The notes: generated by a model from the letters alone, not told the origin. A DNA stretch of 42,307 nucleotides from a virus (IMGVR_UViG_2541047692_000013); one strand, 5' to 3'. Numbered from the stretch's first letter, positions 8,889 through 18,324 are shown. A program made the numbers and translations.

Positions 8889-9044
8889 ATGCGTTAAGCA
8901 CAGCTATATCCGAATTATGGTGGGCTGGGCAGGGGTCCGAAAGGACGCCGGTACCACTTAGGCCGGTACGCCAACCTTGTCCAGTTCACCACCAGTAATT
9001 GGCGTTGCGGTGGTGATTAAAATCACTAAGTGGAGATAACCACC

Positions 9045-9755
9045 ATGGCTAATGCTCAAACTTCCATCTTCAAATTTGAATCTGTTAACCCTATCCGTTC
9101 CATCATTATCGATGGCCAACCATGGTTTGTAGCCCAAGACGTTTGTAGTGCGCTGCGTATCCAAAACGTCACCCAAGCACTTGAAAAACTGGATGATGAT
9201 GAAAGGTCTATGTTCAACATAGGGCATGAACATCGTGCAATTTTTGACAGCCGAGTAAAAGAGATCAACATCATCTCCGAGTCAGGCCTCTACACACTGA
9301 TCCTCAGATGCCGCGACGCAGTGACACCAGGCACTATCCCCTACCGCTTTCGTAAATGGGTTACAGGTGAGGTTCTTCCTCAGATCCGCCGCACCGGAAG
9401 TTACATTAAAAACTCGCTCCCGCAGGAAGAACGCATAAAGATGGTTGCCGACCAGGTAGCCAACGCCACGGCGTCAGCAGTAATGCAGGCGATGAAGATA
9501 GAGAACAAAACCTACAGTGCCCCACTGAAGCCCGGCTACCGCAGTCTGATTCACTCGCCGTCTGGTGTTCTCGGCCTGACGGAGAACTCACTGCTGATGA
9601 ATCTGCTGAACCAGTTGCAGGACGACGGGCATGATGTATCGGGCGCGGCAGCGGAGCTGACCACCATGTTCTGCTACATCGTCGGTGTGAGCAAGTGCCT
9701 GCGTGATATCCAGACCCACGCGGAGTATATCAACGACAAAGCAGGGTTCTTCTGA
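9045..9755 (+). CDS. antirepressor (Bro-N / Ant family)
   Basis: Start taken as ATG 9045 with SD ggag; N-terminal Bro-N-like motif (IDGQPWFVAQDVCSALRI...LYTLILRCR...FRKWVTGEVLPQIRRTGSY). Confidence 0.75.
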   Translation: MANAQTSIFKFESVNPIRSIIIDGQPWFVAQDVCSALRIQNVTQALEKLDDDERSMFNIGHEHRAIFDSRVKEINIISESGLYTLILRCRDAVTPGTIPYRFRKWVTGEVLPQIRRTGSYIKNSLPQEERIKMVADQVANATASAVMQAMKIENKTYSAPLKPGYRSLIHSPSGVLGLTENSLLMNLLNQLQDDGHDVSGAAAELTTMFCYIVGVSKCLRDIQTHAEYINDKAGFF

Positions 9756-9763
9756 CGAGCGGC

Positions 9764-9783
9764 GGCACACGGATGTGCCTTTA
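9764..9783 (+). terminator. putative intrinsic terminator after ant
   Basis: Stem ggcaca/tgtgcc with loop cgga followed by TTT and an A/T-rich tract. Confidence 0.4.
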
Positions 9784-9826
9784 AATAATTCTGTACAGAT
9801 TGCAGACTGGGGGTGAATAGCGTACT

Positions 9827-9843
9827 ATTACCTCAAGGGTAAG
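9827..9843. promoter_or_regulatory. operator palindrome aTTACCtcaagGGTAAg (perfect)
   Basis: 60 bp upstream of the 9902 ATG. Confidence 0.55.
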
Positions 9844-9901
9844 AAAGCATTTTTAATCTTCCCTTCAAAACGCGTCCTGTAGCCAAACATGGGAGGACGA
9901 A

Positions 9902-10534
9902 ATGAGAACAAATACAACAAGAAAAGCGATGCCATACATTATCCCAGAAGCAGATTTCGATAGAAAACTGAACATGTCTGAGAAGAACACTAGTCACACC
10001 GAAAGCTACTTAGCGAAAGGTGTGGTTGATTTCGTTCTTCCGGGATTCACAACACCTTATGGTTATCGCCTTGTAAAATCTTGTAATGGCGATCATTACA
10101 GAATGATTACTACCAGCGATACTCCAGAAACGGTGTATGCGGTTAAGTTAATCTTTCGGGAAGATATCGTCGAAGCCAAAAGAACATGTACGCAGATCAT
10201 GGTATGGCGTACGCCTAATGTTATTCATGACCGTGCTGTTCATGGTTTGCCTCAGATTTTTTTTCAGTTCTTCCTAGAGCAATATGCGATCGTTGTATCT
10301 GATGAGCAACAAACAATCGATGGGAGAAGATTCTGGGAAAGAATGATTTCTTGGGCTATAAACACCCCAGGATATAATGTATACGTTTCAGATGGCTCTG
10401 AAGAAGATAGACCTCTTAGCTTCATGACATCATGGGATGATTTCTATAGCCAGTGGGCTGATTTCTGTTGGGGCAGTGATAAAGATGTGCATACCCACAG
10501 ACTACTGGTTATAAGCAAAGATAAACTGCATTAA
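9902..10534 (+). CDS. hypothetical protein (moron, no recognisable domain)
   Basis: ATG 9902 with SD gggagga; 210 aa soluble protein; AT-rich relative to virion genes; own operator upstream and terminator downstream. Confidence 0.55.
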   Translation: MRTNTTRKAMPYIIPEADFDRKLNMSEKNTSHTESYLAKGVVDFVLPGFTTPYGYRLVKSCNGDHYRMITTSDTPETVYAVKLIFREDIVEAKRTCTQIMVWRTPNVIHDRAVHGLPQIFFQFFLEQYAIVVSDEQQTIDGRRFWERMISWAINTPGYNVYVSDGSEEDRPLSFMTSWDDFYSQWADFCWGSDKDVHTHRLLVISKDKLH

Positions 10535-10537
10535 TAG

Positions 10538-10561
10538 AAGCCCGCAGCGCGGGCTTTTTTG
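10538..10561 (+). terminator. intrinsic terminator
   Basis: Stem gcccgc/gcgggc with loop agc followed by TTTTTT. Confidence 0.65.
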
Positions 10562-10631
10562 TGGATGAAACAAAAGTCAGTGCTACACTCATTGACGCCA
10601 CATTGAGGTGGCTTATAGATGGAAATTTCAA

Positions 10632-10793
10632 ATGAAAAAAGCATTTGCTGCACTGTTCGTTTTGTTGTCTCTGGTAGCTTCAACTCAGGCCTTTGCCGGT
10701 CGTTGTCAGCACGACAGCGATACTGCCGCTGACGGCTCCCGCTGCGGTGGGCGTTCTGCGGATTCTCGCCCGGGCGGCGGTGGCATTCGTTAA
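10632..10793 (+). CDS. small secreted peptide (signal peptide plus about 31-aa mature, 2 Cys)
   Basis: Start taken as ATG 10632 (MKKAFAALFVLLSLVASTQAFA then GRCQHDSDTAADGSRCGG...); typical Sec signal with AxA site; RBS weak, so existence uncertain. Confidence 0.4.
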   Translation: MKKAFAALFVLLSLVASTQAFAGRCQHDSDTAADGSRCGGRSADSRPGGGGIR

Positions 10794-10816
10794 AAAACAA
10801 GGCCGCGAAAGCGGCC
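10790..10816 (-). terminator. intrinsic terminator at the end of the virion operon (minus strand)
   Basis: Stem ggccgc/gcggcc with loop gaaa (10801-10816) followed on the minus strand by TTGTTTTTT. Confidence 0.6.
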
Positions 10817-10830
10817 TGTGACATGTCACA
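10817..10830. repeat. perfect palindrome TGTGACATGTCACA (copy 1 of 3)
   Basis: Core GTGACATGTCAC at 10818-10829; identical 12-mers at 28049-28060 and 30314-30325, each beside an intrinsic terminator. Confidence 0.8.
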
Positions 10831-10836
10831 CTCACG

Positions 10837-10977
10837 TTATGACAAGCCTATGTATCCTGCTACACCAGATAATATCAAAATAACTGCAACAGCAAATTCG
10901 CCATCGTCAATGATACATTTACGGTTCATAACGCCAAGTGCAACAAGCGCAAACACAACAAGAATAAAAGCAATCAT
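10837..10977 (-). CDS. small hydrophobic membrane protein (46 aa), not in the ORF track
   Basis: ATG (complement of 10975-10977) with SD aagga 6 nt upstream, overlapping the stop of the preceding virion gene; translation MIAFILVVFALVALGVMNRKCIIDDGEFAVAVILILSGVAGYIGLS; stop TAA at 10837-10839. Confidence 0.45.
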   Translation of the reverse strand: MIAFILVVFALVALGVMNRKCIIDDGEFAVAVILILSGVAGYIGLS

Positions 10978-10986
10978 TTCTCATCC

Positions 10987-13461
10987 TTATTGCGGAGTGA
11001 CATCCTGTGGTCGCCACCAGTATGTCTGGTTAAACTCTTTCTTCGAACGTTGCTCCATTTTACGCAAATAGCCTGGTGAAAAATACTCCTGCATCTGGTT
11101 AAAGATCATGTGATCGAGAGCCGCCTTCAAGTACCAGAGATTCGCACCTGGCATCAGCCCCTTCCCCAGCTTAACCAGATCACCACCAGTCTGCTCATTC
11201 TTCCCTTCCACAGCATTTAACGGTATGCCCTGAGCAATCTTCACTACGTCATCAACCAGACCAGCTACCGGGCCAAGCATCGACGCCAGCGCGCCGCTTC
11301 CGTACCTAGTGTGATCTGACAATAAAAAGTCACCGTAAAGGCCAAGACCACCACCTTTCAGTAGAGCACCAAGCCAAAATTTAGCAGCATCTTCTCCTGT
11401 CATCTCGCGATGATTACGACCAGACGCAAGGTCGTTAAGTTGCTGAGACAAAGCGCCAAGAATGGTCGTGCTGGCAATAAACGTCGCAATATATGCCGCA
11501 CGCCCACCAGCAGACGGCATACCCATAGCGCGTGACCAGTGACGCATAACCACCGAGATAGGGAACGATTTAAACAGGAAAACACTTCTCGTTAATTCAC
11601 CTTTCCATGTTCCACGCTGAATACCAGAACCGGTTATCAGTTGCTCACGTGCTCCCGGTGTAATAACAGCCATATCAACTTCTTCAGTTACGGCACCGAG
11701 CAGTTTACGCATTGCCTCAAATTTCACGCGTTCAGGCTCACCAAGATGTTTAACTGCTGAATCAGGGATACGCATAATGCTTTCCGGTGTCAGCATCGTA
11801 TTATTACCGTTCCCCCAGTCCTCCTGTTGCGCCAGCTTCCATACGCTCCAGTCTGTGTCAGTAATCCCTTTGCTTTTCAGGATACGAAAATCAGAGTCAT
11901 CGAGGCTACGAAGGTCTGGTGTCCGTGACACTACTTCTCCCAGGCTTCCCATCATGGTTACGCCATAGGCGCGCTTGTGCGCATCTGACCATGCTGTAAG
12001 CCCACTGGCACGCATTACCGCCGTTGCAGCCCAACGAGACACTGACGGCCCCATATTATCCATCGCCCAGCGGTTAACGCTGCCAAGTAGAGATTCCATC
12101 GCCAGACCAGCGCGGCGCGCCCGCGCAAGCTCAGTACGGTTCGTTGGGTCCATAGCTTCAAGCTGGTTGCGGAATAACTGGTTCATTGGAAGGTTGGTCA
12201 CCTTCGCAGACAGATACATGGTTCCAAGATCAGAGAACGATGACAGCAACGCGGATCCGAGTCTGCTGGCAACCAGCCAGTTGCGGATATTGTCAGACCA
12301 TCGCGCGATGTGCGGATTTGCTACAGGCTGTGTCTTTCCGGAAATAAAGTTGTACAGATTCTCTGTGTTGTTCGCCAGCCGCTCGACTTTACCGGTTTTA
12401 CTCGGGTTAGCTGTTGCCGTTTCTGCCTTCACCTGATCAAGAAGAGAGCGGAAAACATGATCGGGGTTTGGGCCATATGTTTCCACCAGTGCAATATCTT
12501 TACTGATACCTTCCAGGTGACCGACCATGATTTCCCATAGAGAGCGATCGCCATAAAGTTGCTGATATTGCAGATAGGAATCTGCATCTTTGAAATGTAT
12601 CTGTCGTGATGCATTACCACGGTTAGCACGTGCGCCGGAAATTCGCATTCCGGTATCAGTAAGCTTATTCAGCCCACCAGTAGCGATCGTGTTATAAGCC
12701 TCTCCAAGAAATGCAGACAACTCGGCATCGTTCATCAGTTGTCCATCGGCTCGGATATAATATTTGCGATCCAGCTTACCTATAACATCGCTAACCCACT
12801 TATCCTTTGATACCGCCCCAACCTTTTCCATAGAATGATGTTGAGGGATCCCCCAGTTTTCGAGATAGCCAATGTCCCCACCAGCATCATTAAACCGGCG
12901 GCGCAGCAGCTCTGTAACTTCTCTCCACGCCTTAGCACCTTTTCTTGCTTTAGCATTGCCAGTATTTTGCCCCCGCATTTCATATACCAGGTCACGTACG
13001 CCCGCTTCATCTTCAAACAGACCAAAAAAGCGAGGATCAACTGCTTCGAATGCCTCCTGCAATTGACTCAATGCATAATCACGGGTGGCTTTTGTTCTGG
13101 ATTCAACAGAGAGGAAATTAGATTTACCGTCTGCATTAAAAGCTATAGTACGGTTAAGAGCGCCAAGTTTCCCATCAGCCCCTTGATAGCTATTGATAAA
13201 TTTATCCAATCTCTGACGTGCAGCTATAGTGAGAGCCACACGACGTTTCTTTAATGCCGCTTCTCGCTGTAATTCTTCAGATGCCAATTGTGCTGCACGA
13301 TACAGCCGCTCTGACTCGGAAAGTTGTCGCCACGACATAGGGTCATCACGAGCAATGGAGCGCATATTGCGATAAATGCGGTCTTCAATGTTCTGTATTT
13401 CTCGCGCCGTTAACGTGCGCTGCGCCGCCTGCTGGACCGCTTGTATACATTCCTGTCTCAT
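10987..13461 (-). CDS. large internal virion / DNA-ejection protein
   Basis: 824 aa; last large gene of the virion operon, the position of podovirus internal core/ejection proteins; called by position and size only. Confidence 0.5.
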   Translation of the reverse strand: MRQECIQAVQQAAQRTLTAREIQNIEDRIYRNMRSIARDDPMSWRQLSESERLYRAAQLASEELQREAALKKRRVALTIAARQRLDKFINSYQGADGKLGALNRTIAFNADGKSNFLSVESRTKATRDYALSQLQEAFEAVDPRFFGLFEDEAGVRDLVYEMRGQNTGNAKARKGAKAWREVTELLRRRFNDAGGDIGYLENWGIPQHHSMEKVGAVSKDKWVSDVIGKLDRKYYIRADGQLMNDAELSAFLGEAYNTIATGGLNKLTDTGMRISGARANRGNASRQIHFKDADSYLQYQQLYGDRSLWEIMVGHLEGISKDIALVETYGPNPDHVFRSLLDQVKAETATANPSKTGKVERLANNTENLYNFISGKTQPVANPHIARWSDNIRNWLVASRLGSALLSSFSDLGTMYLSAKVTNLPMNQLFRNQLEAMDPTNRTELARARRAGLAMESLLGSVNRWAMDNMGPSVSRWAATAVMRASGLTAWSDAHKRAYGVTMMGSLGEVVSRTPDLRSLDDSDFRILKSKGITDTDWSVWKLAQQEDWGNGNNTMLTPESIMRIPDSAVKHLGEPERVKFEAMRKLLGAVTEEVDMAVITPGAREQLITGSGIQRGTWKGELTRSVFLFKSFPISVVMRHWSRAMGMPSAGGRAAYIATFIASTTILGALSQQLNDLASGRNHREMTGEDAAKFWLGALLKGGGLGLYGDFLLSDHTRYGSGALASMLGPVAGLVDDVVKIAQGIPLNAVEGKNEQTGGDLVKLGKGLMPGANLWYLKAALDHMIFNQMQEYFSPGYLRKMEQRSKKEFNQTYWWRPQDVTPQ

Positions 13462-13466
13462 TTAAT

Positions 13467-15269
13467 TTAACCTCTCAAGAAACACGCCACAGCAACATCA
13501 AACAGGCTGGAATCCTGTATTGCCTGCTCACTTTCCCTGTTAGCTTCATCCAGTACTTCACGCGCACTGCGCGATTGTGGATTACCATCATCATCCAGCA
13601 CGGTGATTATCATGTCAGGTGATTCAAGCAGCGAGTCTTCAGCTATACGCAGATCAATATCTCCTGCCGGATCTGCCATCATTTTTTGTTCTGTCTGTTG
13701 CAATATCTTACCGGGCTCAAAAGGAGCTACTTCGTCTGGCGTCCTGACCTCTGCTGTTTTATAGAATGAAACAGCCTGAGCATTAAGTTCACTTTCTGCC
13801 TGCTGTCGCCGTGCCAGTTCTGCTCGAGCTTCAAAAAACTGACCTCCAGGCTCGTGCGGTGCCAACGCGTTACGGGAAAATTCCAGGCGTTCTTGTGCCT
13901 GCCGGATTCGTTGATCAATATCACGAAGTCTGGCCTGTTTATCTGATCGAGCACGAGACAAAGCTTTACCGCTACCGGTTGGCTCTTCTGCAAGAATTTG
14001 TGCACGCTGTTCAGTGAGATTTTCAATAATTCGTTGGCTATTAGCGATTTCAGACTGGTAAACCTGTCTATCTCCACGCGGCAAAAGCTGCGCGGCCTGT
14101 TCTTCAAGCAACCGATTTTCTATAGCGCGCGCCGTTACTCCATCATCTACAGATGACAGAGCCTCATTAACTGCCTGAGACAGCAGACTCTTGCGCCCAG
14201 GAATTTCACTGAAAGATGCAGACTCAACAATGCTGGCAACGTCTACAGGTCTCCCCTGGCTAACATCAGACATAGCTTTTCGCAGAGCCTGAATGTGAGA
14301 ATTGCGCGAAAGCACGTTGATCGGCACGCCGGGCGCAATATCAATTTCAGCATGATGAGCGGCATTCGCCGCCAGTGCAGCATCGATATCAACTGGTGAA
14401 AAATTTGGTGCGTTTGTAGACTCGCCGCGAGAGTTAATAAATCTGCCGACACCACCAAACGCCACCCCAAGAACAGCATCAATAGCAATTGCCTGTCGAT
14501 CCAACACATCATACTGGTTAGCCATTTCGCTATAGCCACCATCACGAAGCGTTTTTGCAGTAAGCCCACGCTGTGCCATACCGAACGCAATATTTGTACC
14601 TGCGGCATAGGCAATATCTGGCGTTGCACGTACTGCTGTTGCTGCGGCGCGTCGTACTGAACTTTCACCCGTCCGCGCGAGCTGAGCCGCCACACCTTCC
14701 GCCAGCGCACCACCAGCACGTAACCCGAGGCTCATAGGGATCAATGTCCCGGCCCCAGCAGTAATGCCCTGCACTAATCCCGCTTCCTGCGCTGTCCTGA
14801 AATCAACACCCTGTGCTGTCAGCCGTTCAAACTCAGAAAAACCCTGTAGCGAAGTTACCGCCGCTGCACCTCCGACAGGACCACCGAGCGTTGTACCGAC
14901 AACAGCCTGCCCGCCCATATCGAACAACCCATAAAGAACCTGCCCGGCGGTTCCGGTTGTCGCGGCATCAGGCGTCAGCCGCTTAACCTGCTGCTCTGCT
15001 AGTTTTCTCTGCTCGGCAATGTATGAAACTGAAGTGTCATTGAGCGAGGTGTTTTCGTTAACAAACTGAGCAATCGGGGATACGATTTTATCCATCCCTG
15101 CCCATAGCAACTGATCTGGCTTTGCCACCAGCCCGGAGTACAAACCAGACAATGCCGCTCCTACAGCATTGTCGAAAAAACCAACATCGCTGTTAAAGCC
15201 AGCTGGATTTGATACTGCTTCGTCAAGCTGCTGATTCTGGTTTACTGGATTAAGGCCAAAGTAACTCAT
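13467..15269 (-). CDS. internal virion protein
   Basis: 600 aa, Ala/Gly-rich with coiled-coil segments; translationally coupled (4-nt overlap) to the upstream gene. Confidence 0.45.
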   Translation of the reverse strand: MSYFGLNPVNQNQQLDEAVSNPAGFNSDVGFFDNAVGAALSGLYSGLVAKPDQLLWAGMDKIVSPIAQFVNENTSLNDTSVSYIAEQRKLAEQQVKRLTPDAATTGTAGQVLYGLFDMGGQAVVGTTLGGPVGGAAAVTSLQGFSEFERLTAQGVDFRTAQEAGLVQGITAGAGTLIPMSLGLRAGGALAEGVAAQLARTGESSVRRAAATAVRATPDIAYAAGTNIAFGMAQRGLTAKTLRDGGYSEMANQYDVLDRQAIAIDAVLGVAFGGVGRFINSRGESTNAPNFSPVDIDAALAANAAHHAEIDIAPGVPINVLSRNSHIQALRKAMSDVSQGRPVDVASIVESASFSEIPGRKSLLSQAVNEALSSVDDGVTARAIENRLLEEQAAQLLPRGDRQVYQSEIANSQRIIENLTEQRAQILAEEPTGSGKALSRARSDKQARLRDIDQRIRQAQERLEFSRNALAPHEPGGQFFEARAELARRQQAESELNAQAVSFYKTAEVRTPDEVAPFEPGKILQQTEQKMMADPAGDIDLRIAEDSLLESPDMIITVLDDDGNPQSRSAREVLDEANRESEQAIQDSSLFDVAVACFLRG

Positions 15270-17779
15270 TGCGGAATATCTCCGGAGAATCTCTGACGCT
15301 TCTGTGTCAGATCAAGAACAACAGGAGAACCATCATCCTTCAGCAGATATCCAGTCCCAAGTTTTACCAGGTACTGACTATCGCCGTAACTTTGCAAACC
15401 ATACTGACCAGGCGGTGTTTTTATCCCTGTGCCGACAACTTGTTCATTCCAAGCCTGATTAACCTGCTTATCGAATTGCTCTGCAGACATTCCCCACGGC
15501 AAAAGGACATTCCCCATTCCGTTATAGTCATGCACGCCACCTGTAGCTACGTTAACAGCCTGTTTCCAGATATCATTGTCAATTTCGCCTGATACCACGC
15601 CTTTTTTCGCCATCACACCAGCGTAATAGTCCTTTGCGATCTCGTATGCCATTGATGCCCCCTGAGCATCACCAGCAAATGCATCCTTCACCATGTCAGA
15701 AAACTCAAGGCGAAGATCAGCATCTTTAGGCATCGGAATACCTTTCGCATCATCAGTACCTTTACGAGCCGCCGCGCCAGCAAGAATTGTCTGCGCAGCG
15801 GTTTCAGGTGACACGGAAACATCCGGATTAAACCAGTTTTTTTCTGCCAAAATACCACCAGGTTTATCCATCAGTATCCCGGCAACGGCAGCAGATGGAG
15901 CGTTGGCACTGATCTGCTGTAGTGCTGACATATACACCTGCCCACCACCAGTGCTTTGCCTGATGGTATCGAGATATGCTGCCTGTTGGGAAACGGGCGC
16001 ATCACGAAAGAAAACACCGATCTGATTGGCCTCGTCTTTGGAAAAGAACGTCAGTGGAGTGCCATATGACTTGGCAAGGTCACTGACCTGAGCGGCACGC
16101 AAGGCAACGCTCTGTCCAAAGTTATCCTTATTGCTCATGTCGATAGGCTTTGCCTGTCCGGCGGCAAGAGAGAACTGCACAGGATCCGACTGCCGCTGCT
16201 TTATCACCTGATTTGCAGCCGAAACAACGTTGTCATAAAGAGCTGCGCGTGCCGCATACCCCTCCCCTGTCTCACCAGTATCCGGGCGTAATTGCTCAAC
16301 ATATGCTGTAATGCTGCTTGTCGGCATGTTGCGGAAAGAGCCTATATACTGTCCGGCGATCTGCGTATTTCTGAACTCGGTATATCGCAGGTTTCCTTCT
16401 CTGACGCCATAAGCTGCAATAAAATCAGCCTCACCAGGTGGATTAGGAAATTCAACGCCACGCATATACGCAGCCGTCGCATCGCGAACCTGGCTGTCAA
16501 TCATCGTTTTATATTCAGCCTGCTGCTGCCGACGCAGTTGATCCGCCTGTCGCATATAACTTGCCTGCGCCTCAGGAGATGCCGCATCGAATGCTGCATT
16601 ACCGGTATAGCGTTTGGTGTTGGTTGGAATTGTTGATAAACCAAGTGCTGCACTGACACCAGCAGTTAACTGCTGATCACTGTATGGCTGGCTACCGTTC
16701 TCATGATGGATAATGGCTGCACAAAGCGCCTTCAGGGTATCAGGATTTGATGCATCGAGAGGCTCATCAGCAGAAACGCCAAGTTGTTCGCACACTGCTT
16801 TGATATACGACATAGTGTCATTTTTATCAGTAGGCGGTGCCCAGCGATTAATTATCTCGCTGACTGTATCAATACCCTGCCGCTGATACGACATCAGGTT
16901 CCGCCCTAATGCACGAATCCCGTGTTCAGGTGTTTCGAATTTAGCAAATCGACCATCATCACCGGTCTGGCCTACCCACGGATTAGTTTTGCTGTATTCG
17001 AGATTTCCTGGGTTATTGTTGCGTATGCCACGGGCACGCTCGGAAGAGTCACTATCTGCTACAGCACGGCGAGCTCCAGCAGCAGTATCACTTAACTCGC
17101 CATTACTTTGGATGAATGCGGTCGCATTGTTTGCCGACCACTGGGACAATGCAGCATCAGCAACCTTCTCTTTAAACTCGATTTTCTTGGCCTGGATTTG
17201 CTCGTCACTCCAGCCATGTGCAATGCCGTAATCCTCAATTTGCTGGAAAGTTTGCTTATTAGCCAATACGTATGCGGCGTTGTCGCCATACAATGCTGCG
17301 GCATTTTTACCATTGTTCAGCAGCGCAGCCTGAAACTGGCCTTCTTCGTAGGCATTTATTTGCCCTATCTCGTGCCGCCCTGCCTGCGTAGTGAACTGAA
17401 TGCGCTGCTGCTGCGCCTGCTGCATGAAAGCATTACGAGCCTGTTCATCCGGCAGCGACATAGCCAGTTGTTCGATCTGAGCATCAAACTGCTGCGTATA
17501 CTCCTGACCTTTTCCAATAGCATTTTTCCATTTCAGGTTAAGCAAACCTGTTTCAGGGTTATTCAGCAGATCGCTGCCTGTCTGACTGAGTTTAAGGGAT
17601 GCCTCCTGAGCCAGAGCGATATTGGCACGCTGTTTTGCCTGACCAAAAACATCAATTGTCTCTGCCCCTGCCCGAACAAAAGCATCACCAATACCTGGCT
17701 GAGAAAACGTCTGCAAGCCTGCTGACTGAACTCCACGGCTCTCAACCTGACGTCCGGATACTGTTGGTACGACTGGCAT
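15266..17779 (-). CDS. internal virion (core) protein
   Basis: Start reassigned to ATG at 17777-17779 (MPVVPT...) with SD ggagg 7 nt upstream and 1-nt overlap with the upstream stop; about 837 aa. Confidence 0.5.
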   Translation of the reverse strand: MPVVPTVSGRQVESRGVQSAGLQTFSQPGIGDAFVRAGAETIDVFGQAKQRANIALAQEASLKLSQTGSDLLNNPETGLLNLKWKNAIGKGQEYTQQFDAQIEQLAMSLPDEQARNAFMQQAQQQRIQFTTQAGRHEIGQINAYEEGQFQAALLNNGKNAAALYGDNAAYVLANKQTFQQIEDYGIAHGWSDEQIQAKKIEFKEKVADAALSQWSANNATAFIQSNGELSDTAAGARRAVADSDSSERARGIRNNNPGNLEYSKTNPWVGQTGDDGRFAKFETPEHGIRALGRNLMSYQRQGIDTVSEIINRWAPPTDKNDTMSYIKAVCEQLGVSADEPLDASNPDTLKALCAAIIHHENGSQPYSDQQLTAGVSAALGLSTIPTNTKRYTGNAAFDAASPEAQASYMRQADQLRRQQQAEYKTMIDSQVRDATAAYMRGVEFPNPPGEADFIAAYGVREGNLRYTEFRNTQIAGQYIGSFRNMPTSSITAYVEQLRPDTGETGEGYAARAALYDNVVSAANQVIKQRQSDPVQFSLAAGQAKPIDMSNKDNFGQSVALRAAQVSDLAKSYGTPLTFFSKDEANQIGVFFRDAPVSQQAAYLDTIRQSTGGGQVYMSALQQISANAPSAAVAGILMDKPGGILAEKNWFNPDVSVSPETAAQTILAGAAARKGTDDAKGIPMPKDADLRLEFSDMVKDAFAGDAQGASMAYEIAKDYYAGVMAKKGVVSGEIDNDIWKQAVNVATGGVHDYNGMGNVLLPWGMSAEQFDKQVNQAWNEQVVGTGIKTPPGQYGLQSYGDSQYLVKLGTGYLLKDDGSPVVLDLTQKRQRFSGDIPQ

Positions 17780-18324
17780 TATAATCCTCCAGGTAATCTG
17801 GTTCCTGCTGCTGCCCCGATTGGCGCAGGAGTGCTTTGAGTAAACGGACTCCACGTCCCACCAAACATCTGGTACGCACCGTATGCCTTCAGAGGCGCAG
17901 TGAGCAATGTTGTTGCTGCTCCCACATTCCCCTGTTTACGGGCTGAACTGGCTTCTGCTTTATAGTTAGCAGCCTGAACCTGATAACCGTAAGCCTCGCG
18001 TTGCGCGTTATTCACCGTCGTCAGCGAATCAAGGGCGCCAAACTGAGCAGTGTCACCAAATATATCCAGCGCGTTACCTGTAGATAAATCGGCGCCGGTC
18101 GCCCCCATTGTCGCCGCCTGTGTACCAAGCCGCTGTCGGGTCTCTCTGCGCCGTTGCTCAGCTTCAGCGTTACCCCTATTTATTGCATCATTTGCCTGAG
18201 CTGTGGCTATATCTGCGTTCGCTTCTGCAACCTTCGAGGCATACTTTCCCTGTTGGTACTGGGTGTATGCCTGAATGCCACTCATGGCGAGCATTGCGCC
18301 ACCAGCAATAACCGGATCGCACAT
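17779..18324 (-). CDS. internal virion protein (T7 gp14-like by size and position)
   Basis: 181 aa, Ala/Gln-rich; overlapping start/stop with neighbours. Confidence 0.4.
   Translation of the reverse strand: MCDPVIAGGAMLAMSGIQAYTQYQQGKYASKVAEANADIATAQANDAINRGNAEAEQRRRETRQRLGTQAATMGATGADLSTGNALDIFGDTAQFGALDSLTTVNNAQREAYGYQVQAANYKAEASSARKQGNVGAATTLLTAPLKAYGAYQMFGGTWSPFTQSTPAPIGAAAGTRLPGGL

Noticed and set aside
8687-8998. 103-aa plus-strand ORF spanning the operator, promoter, candidate small RNA and terminator upstream of ant
   Set aside because: Starts at a TTG with no in-frame ATG, has no SD, and runs straight through an intrinsic terminator and an operator; the region is better explained as regulatory or non-coding RNA.
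10817-10830. TGTGACATGTCACA as a CRP binding site
   Set aside because: CRP sites are TGTGA-N6-TCACA; here the half-sites are separated by 4 bp, so canonical CRP binding is unlikely despite identical half-sites.
10823-11071. 82-aa plus-strand ORF starting inside the palindrome
   Set aside because: Antisense to the small membrane ORF and the 3' end of the large virion gene; its ATG is part of the palindrome, and it has no SD.
15266-17779. RNNNPGNL segment in the internal core protein as a peptidoglycan hydrolase motif
   Set aside because: I cannot tie this motif to a defined hydrolase family from memory; reported only as an internal virion protein.
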